DNA of 64,000 nucleotides from Eledone cirrhosa (Eukaryota), in assembly GCA_964016885.1 (NCBI GenBank), contig OZ024742.1, positions 287,246,001 to 287,310,000 of the forward strand, given 5' to 3'. The first letter of the stretch is position 1. Each line of letters starts with the position of its first letter. Below the pieces are notes generated by a model, which saw nothing but the letters and a program-made list of their open reading frames with translations, did no database searches and was not told the origin of the DNA. Made by a program: the position numbers and the translations under genes. Positions 59,802 to 64,000 of this stretch are shown piece by piece.

Positions 59802-61111
59802 TAAAAACAAATAACGAAACGAAATTAAATTTCGTTTCGTTTGTAACTCACTTTTGTATGACTGACGCTTAAACAATTAAGTTAAAAATGTACATCTACA
59901 TATGCATACTGAAATACTAGTGTGTATATGAATACACACACGTATACATATGCAGATGTAACAAGTCTTTCACTGGTTGCTTTACTGTGAGCAACCCAGC
60001 TATTCTGTATGTAAACACACAGACAAACCGGTTTTTAGAGTCATACTGGTTTTCGAGGAAACACCTTCCCTCTATTCTCCAGAAAGCCAGACAAGGAATA
60101 TTGAACTAGTTTCGTTGTTGTTACAACTCATCAGCAATATTTACCTATCTACCGGCCTTTCTGGAGAATTGTAAAAGCACATATCGTTATATGCTTTTTC
60201 TATGAAAATTAGTAGTGGGCAGACTAATTTGCATAGAGTGTGAGTACGCACCGGTTCAGCGGAGACGATAAAAACAAATAACGAAACGAAATTAAATTTC
60301 GTTTCGTTTGTAACTCACTTTTGTATGACTGACGCTTAAACAATTAAGTTAAAAATGTACATCTACATATGCATACTGAAATACTAGTGTGTATATGAAT
60401 ACACACACGTATACATATGCAGATGTAACAAGTCTTTCACTGGTTGCTTTACTGTGAGCAACCCAGCTATTCTGTATGTAAACACACAGACAAACCGGTT
60501 TTTAGAGTCATACTGGTTTTCGAGGAAACACCTTCCCTCTATTCTCCAGAAAGCCAGACAAGGAATATTGAACTAGTTTCGTTGTTGTTACAACTCATCA
60601 GCAATTTCAGTATGCATATGTAGATGTACATTTTTAACTTAATTGTTTAAGCGTCAGTCATACAAAAGTGAGTTACAAACGAAACGAAATTTAATTTCGT
60701 TTCGTTATTTGTTTTTATCGTCTCCGCTGAACCGGTGCGTACTCACACTCTATGCAAATTAGTCTGCCCACTACTAATTTTCATAGAAAAAGCATATAAC
60801 GATATGTGCTTTTACAATTCTCCAGAAAGGCCGGTAGATAGGTAAATATTGCTGATGAGTTGTAACAACAACGAAACTAGTTCAATATTCCTTGTCTGGC
60901 TTTCTGGAAAATAGAGGGAAGGTGTTTCCTCGAAAACCAGTATGACTCTAAAAACCGGTTTGTCTGTGTGTTTACATACAGAATAGCTGGGTTGCTCACA
61001 GTAAAGCAACCAGTGAAAGACTTGTTACATCTGCATATGTATACGTGTGTGTATTCATATACACACTAGTATTTCAGTATGCATATGTAGATGTACATTT
61101 TTAACTTAATT
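59801..61111. mobile_element. Retrozyme-like multimer of a 467-bp HHR unit: 1.7 units (-) joined head-to-head to 1.09 units (+), inserted in (TA)n
   Basis: 59801 and 60268 start identical sequence (period 467); 60604-61111 is a circularly permuted reverse complement with 41-nt terminal redundancy. Confidence 0.9.
60845..60889 (+). ncRNA. Minimal type I hammerhead ribozyme (mirror copies at 60097-60141 and 60564-60605 on minus strand)
   Basis: AATATTG-CTGATGA-GTTGT-aaca-ACAAC-GAAA-CTAG-TT-CAATATT; predicted cleavage after 60882. Confidence 0.92.
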
Positions 61112-61122
61112 ATATATATATA

Positions 61123-61283
<161 letters not shown>

Positions 61284-61430
61284 GGGTGTGTATGATTTTG
61301 TATAGAAGATTATATTAATAAGAGGAATTCCAACTTTGTCTGATTTACTCGTTTTATTTACAATCCTTTAAAATTTATAATGGTATTATAATGAAATAGT
61401 ATGATAGAATATTAAATTCTAAGTGTTAAT

Positions 61431-61469
61431 TGAACAAGTACTTTCATGCTTTCGCAATCTTCAGGTTCA
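61431..61469 (-). ncRNA. Minimal type I hammerhead ribozyme of the Penelope-like element
   Basis: TGAAC-CTGAAGA-tTGC-gaaa-GCAt-GAAA-GTAC-TT-GTTCA. Confidence 0.88.
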
Positions 61470-61529
61470 TAATATGTGGTGACAGTCAAGTTTGCAATTT
61501 TCAACTGTAATAAGATGGGTAAATTTCCT

Positions 61530-61680
61530 ACCTTTTATACATTTTATACAGGGAAAAGTGGCTCCAGAATGCTAAGCCCTGCAAACTGTATTTCGACCAA
61601 TCAGTGTGTAGTTTCACTGAATTACTAAAGCTGATTGGTTTAAGCGTCACGGCTGGTTGGGCATGTCTAGCGACCAATAA
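61530..61680 (-). promoter_or_regulatory. Putative Pol II promoter in the PLE terminal repeat
   Basis: Three CCAAT boxes (near 61597, 61634, 61674) followed by two TATAAAA (minus strand, about 61533-61548), 65-80 nt upstream of the HHR. Confidence 0.5.
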
Positions 61681-61783
61681 TTAATCATATCCAAAGCATC
61701 AATTGTTTTGCTATTTTTAGAAATGATGAAAATAGCATTTTCTATTAATCATCACCATCAACATCACTTTTATTATTATTATT

Positions 61784-61819
<36 letters not shown>

Positions 61820-61866
61820 AGTGGTCGTAGTCATAGTGGTAGTAGAAGTAATACCCCTAAGCGTTA

Positions 61867-63334
61867 TTATTGTTCATTTAGCTTGGGTTTGAATTTATCA
61901 ATAAAATTCTTTTCTTTGATTTTTCTCTTGATTTCACTTGGGCTGTGTAATTTGTAGAATGGGAATATTATAAATATTCCCTGTTGCTAGATGGTTACTT
62001 AGGGGTATCTGACGGACATTTGGGTCTCTGATTTGTTGACTGTGTATCCGTGCACGTTCCGATAGTGCATTTCCAGTTTGACCGACATATAGTTCTTCAC
62101 AATTCGGGCATTTAATGCAGTAAATTAGATTTCTGCTTTTGCAGTTCATATTTGCATTTGGGAATATTTTTCCAGTTTTTGTTTTCATATATTGACCGGC
62201 GTGTATGGATTGACATGTGCCGCATCGACTATCATTGCATTTAGATACAGTGAATGATTGGTCTTTGTTGTTAAGGTCAAACTTTGCTTTTGTTAGTAAT
62301 TGCTTCACATTTTTTGGCTGTCTTTTACTAAGAGTCAAAGATCGATCTGTGTTTAAGCCTTTTAATTCATTACTTTGAGCAATGATCGGTAGGTTTGCTT
62401 TGGCAGTGTTGAAGATATTCTGGTGACATGGGTTGTGTGTCATTATAAATGGTATGACCAGTTCTTGGTTTCTTCTTCCTTGGGTTGTCCTAAGTTGTTG
62501 TATAGGTATTTTTATAGCCCGCTGTATGCCATTTTCTATAAGCAGAGATGGGTATTTTTGTTTGAGCAAATATTCTCTTAGTTCTGTTAGGCGTTTGTAC
62601 CTGGTAATCGTATCTTCTACAATGGTACAAATTCTTCTGGCTAGGCAGTATGGGATGTTGCGTTTTGTATGAGGTGGATGGCACGACTTAAAATTCAGAT
62701 ATTGATGGGTGTCTGTGTGTTTATAATATATATCCGTGGTAATGGTGGTGTCGTTTTTGATTATCATTATATCTAGGAATGGTAATTTGGTCCTACTCAT
62801 CTCTTTTGTGAATTGGAGAGATGGGTGTAGGTTATTCAGGAGGATATTGAACTCGTCCAGAGTATCTAGAGATTCTGCCCAGATGATGAAACAGTCGTCA
62901 AGGTATCTCTTCCAAGATTTTTCAATGTACTTTCTAAAGTCAGTACTATATTTTTCCTCTATTTCTTGGTAGAGTTTTTGTTCTAAGTATTCCATTACAG
63001 AGTTCACGTAAACGGGAGCAAACTTCGTTCCCATCGCTGTGCCTCTAATTTGGATATAATTCTTTCCATTGAAGAAGAAAGTGTTATTTTCCAGAATAAG
63101 TTTAACTGCGTCTAATATAAATGGCGCTGTGAATCTGATGGGAATCACTTCTCTATGTTTTTCCACCCAGTATCTAACCGCCTTTATTCCTAAATCATGT
63201 GTAATGTTGGTGTAAAGGCTTACCACATCAAAACTGAGTAGAAGTGAATTCGTTTCCGTGGTTTTGGGAAGATGGGACAGGAAGTCGATATCATCCCGGA
63301 TGAAACTGGGTATGTGAATACATAGTGGTTTCAA
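61867..63334 (-). pseudogene. Penelope-like reverse transcriptase + GIY-YIG endonuclease (N-truncated, one frameshift near 61975)
   Basis: SFDVVSLYTNI, GTAMGT, KRYLDDCF, LPFLD; Cys linker CNDSRCGTC..C; LIYCIKCPNC..LYVGQT..L.ER..IH; after the frameshift FPFYK...EKNFIDKFKPKLNEQ* ends at 61867. Confidence 0.93.
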
Positions 63335-63371
63335 AATAATGTCAACATATATATATAATTATATATAATTA

Positions 63372-63407
<36 letters not shown>

Positions 63408-63480
63408 TGTATGTATGTATGTATGTATGTATGTATGTATGTATGTATGTATGTATGTATGTATGTATGTATGTATGTAT

Positions 63481-64000
63481 GTTCTTCTGATTTTATAATT
63501 TCACAAATTTTTGCCAATAGAGAGAGAGTCGGTTTCTAACATAGACGCAAGACTCTCTCATTGGAATTTACACAACATCAACTAGGTAGATATGTATGCA
63601 TGTCTGCTTGCATGCATGTGTAGATATGGATGTTATTGTATGTGTGGATGTGGATGTTTTGAGTTGTATGTGTGCATGTGTATATGCTTAGTATCTGTAC
63701 ATGTGTATATGCAGTTATTAGATGCAAAGTTTTTGGAATCTTTTACATACTTTTACTGTTCCATTAATGGATTGTACTTGTAATTTCCTAACTAGTTGTG
63801 TTTTTTCTGTTCCTGTGAAGCCCAGCTTCTCAAAATTTGTATTGAGGCAGTTACTAACATATCGCAGTGCCCCAATAATCACAGGCATAAATCTGAAGGT
63901 ATAATCAGGGTGGAGTATCTACAGATTTCTCATCAGTTCTGCATAAATACTCTCCTTTTCGCTAATCTTTGATATTATATTAACATCTGCTGAACAGCTA
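63481..64000 (-). mobile_element. R4/Dong-like element 3' portion (runs off the window) followed by (CATA)n
   Basis: Reverse complement matches about 6500-6997 and 8335-8643; (TATG)n at 63378-63480. Confidence 0.88.

Larger units (their letters stand above)
61285..63345 (-). mobile_element. Penelope-like retroelement (Neptune-like), 5'-truncated, with 3' terminal repeat containing an HHR
   Basis: RT + GIY-YIG ORF, downstream hammerhead, 3' end abuts (TA)n. Confidence 0.9.

Noticed and set aside
59977-60174. 65-aa ORF repeated in the 467-bp unit
   Set aside because: TTG start, antisense to the ribozyme, no recognisable motif; repeated only because the unit is repeated.

Overview
AT-rich, microsatellite-dense animal DNA with no confidently identifiable host gene. 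The repeat content suggests a mollusc, probably an octopus-like cephalopod (inference only). Most ORF-track entries are translations of microsatellites. Recognisable mobile elements are: a near-intact 5'-truncated Penelope-like element (RT + GIY-YIG, 61.3-63.3 kb); three pieces of an R4/Dong-like RLE retrotransposon; RTE, CRE and Tx1-like LINE remnants; a Buster-type hAT element with TIRs, an 8-bp TSD and an internal 40-bp minisatellite; a Tigger remnant; MITEs; Helitron ends; and many tRNA-derived SINEs. The main unexpected signal is about 20 type I hammerhead ribozyme (HHR) motifs from many sequence families. Many lie in head-to-head inverted repeats next to (TA)n tracts, with the ribozyme-sense strand always facing outward. 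The best example (59.8-61.1 kb) is a circularly permuted multimer of a highly structured 467-nt HHR unit, which looks like rolling-circle reverse transcription of a viroid-like circular RNA (retrozyme). It lies about 200 bp from the Penelope-like element that could mobilise it. All alignments and folds were done by eye, so boundaries are approximate.
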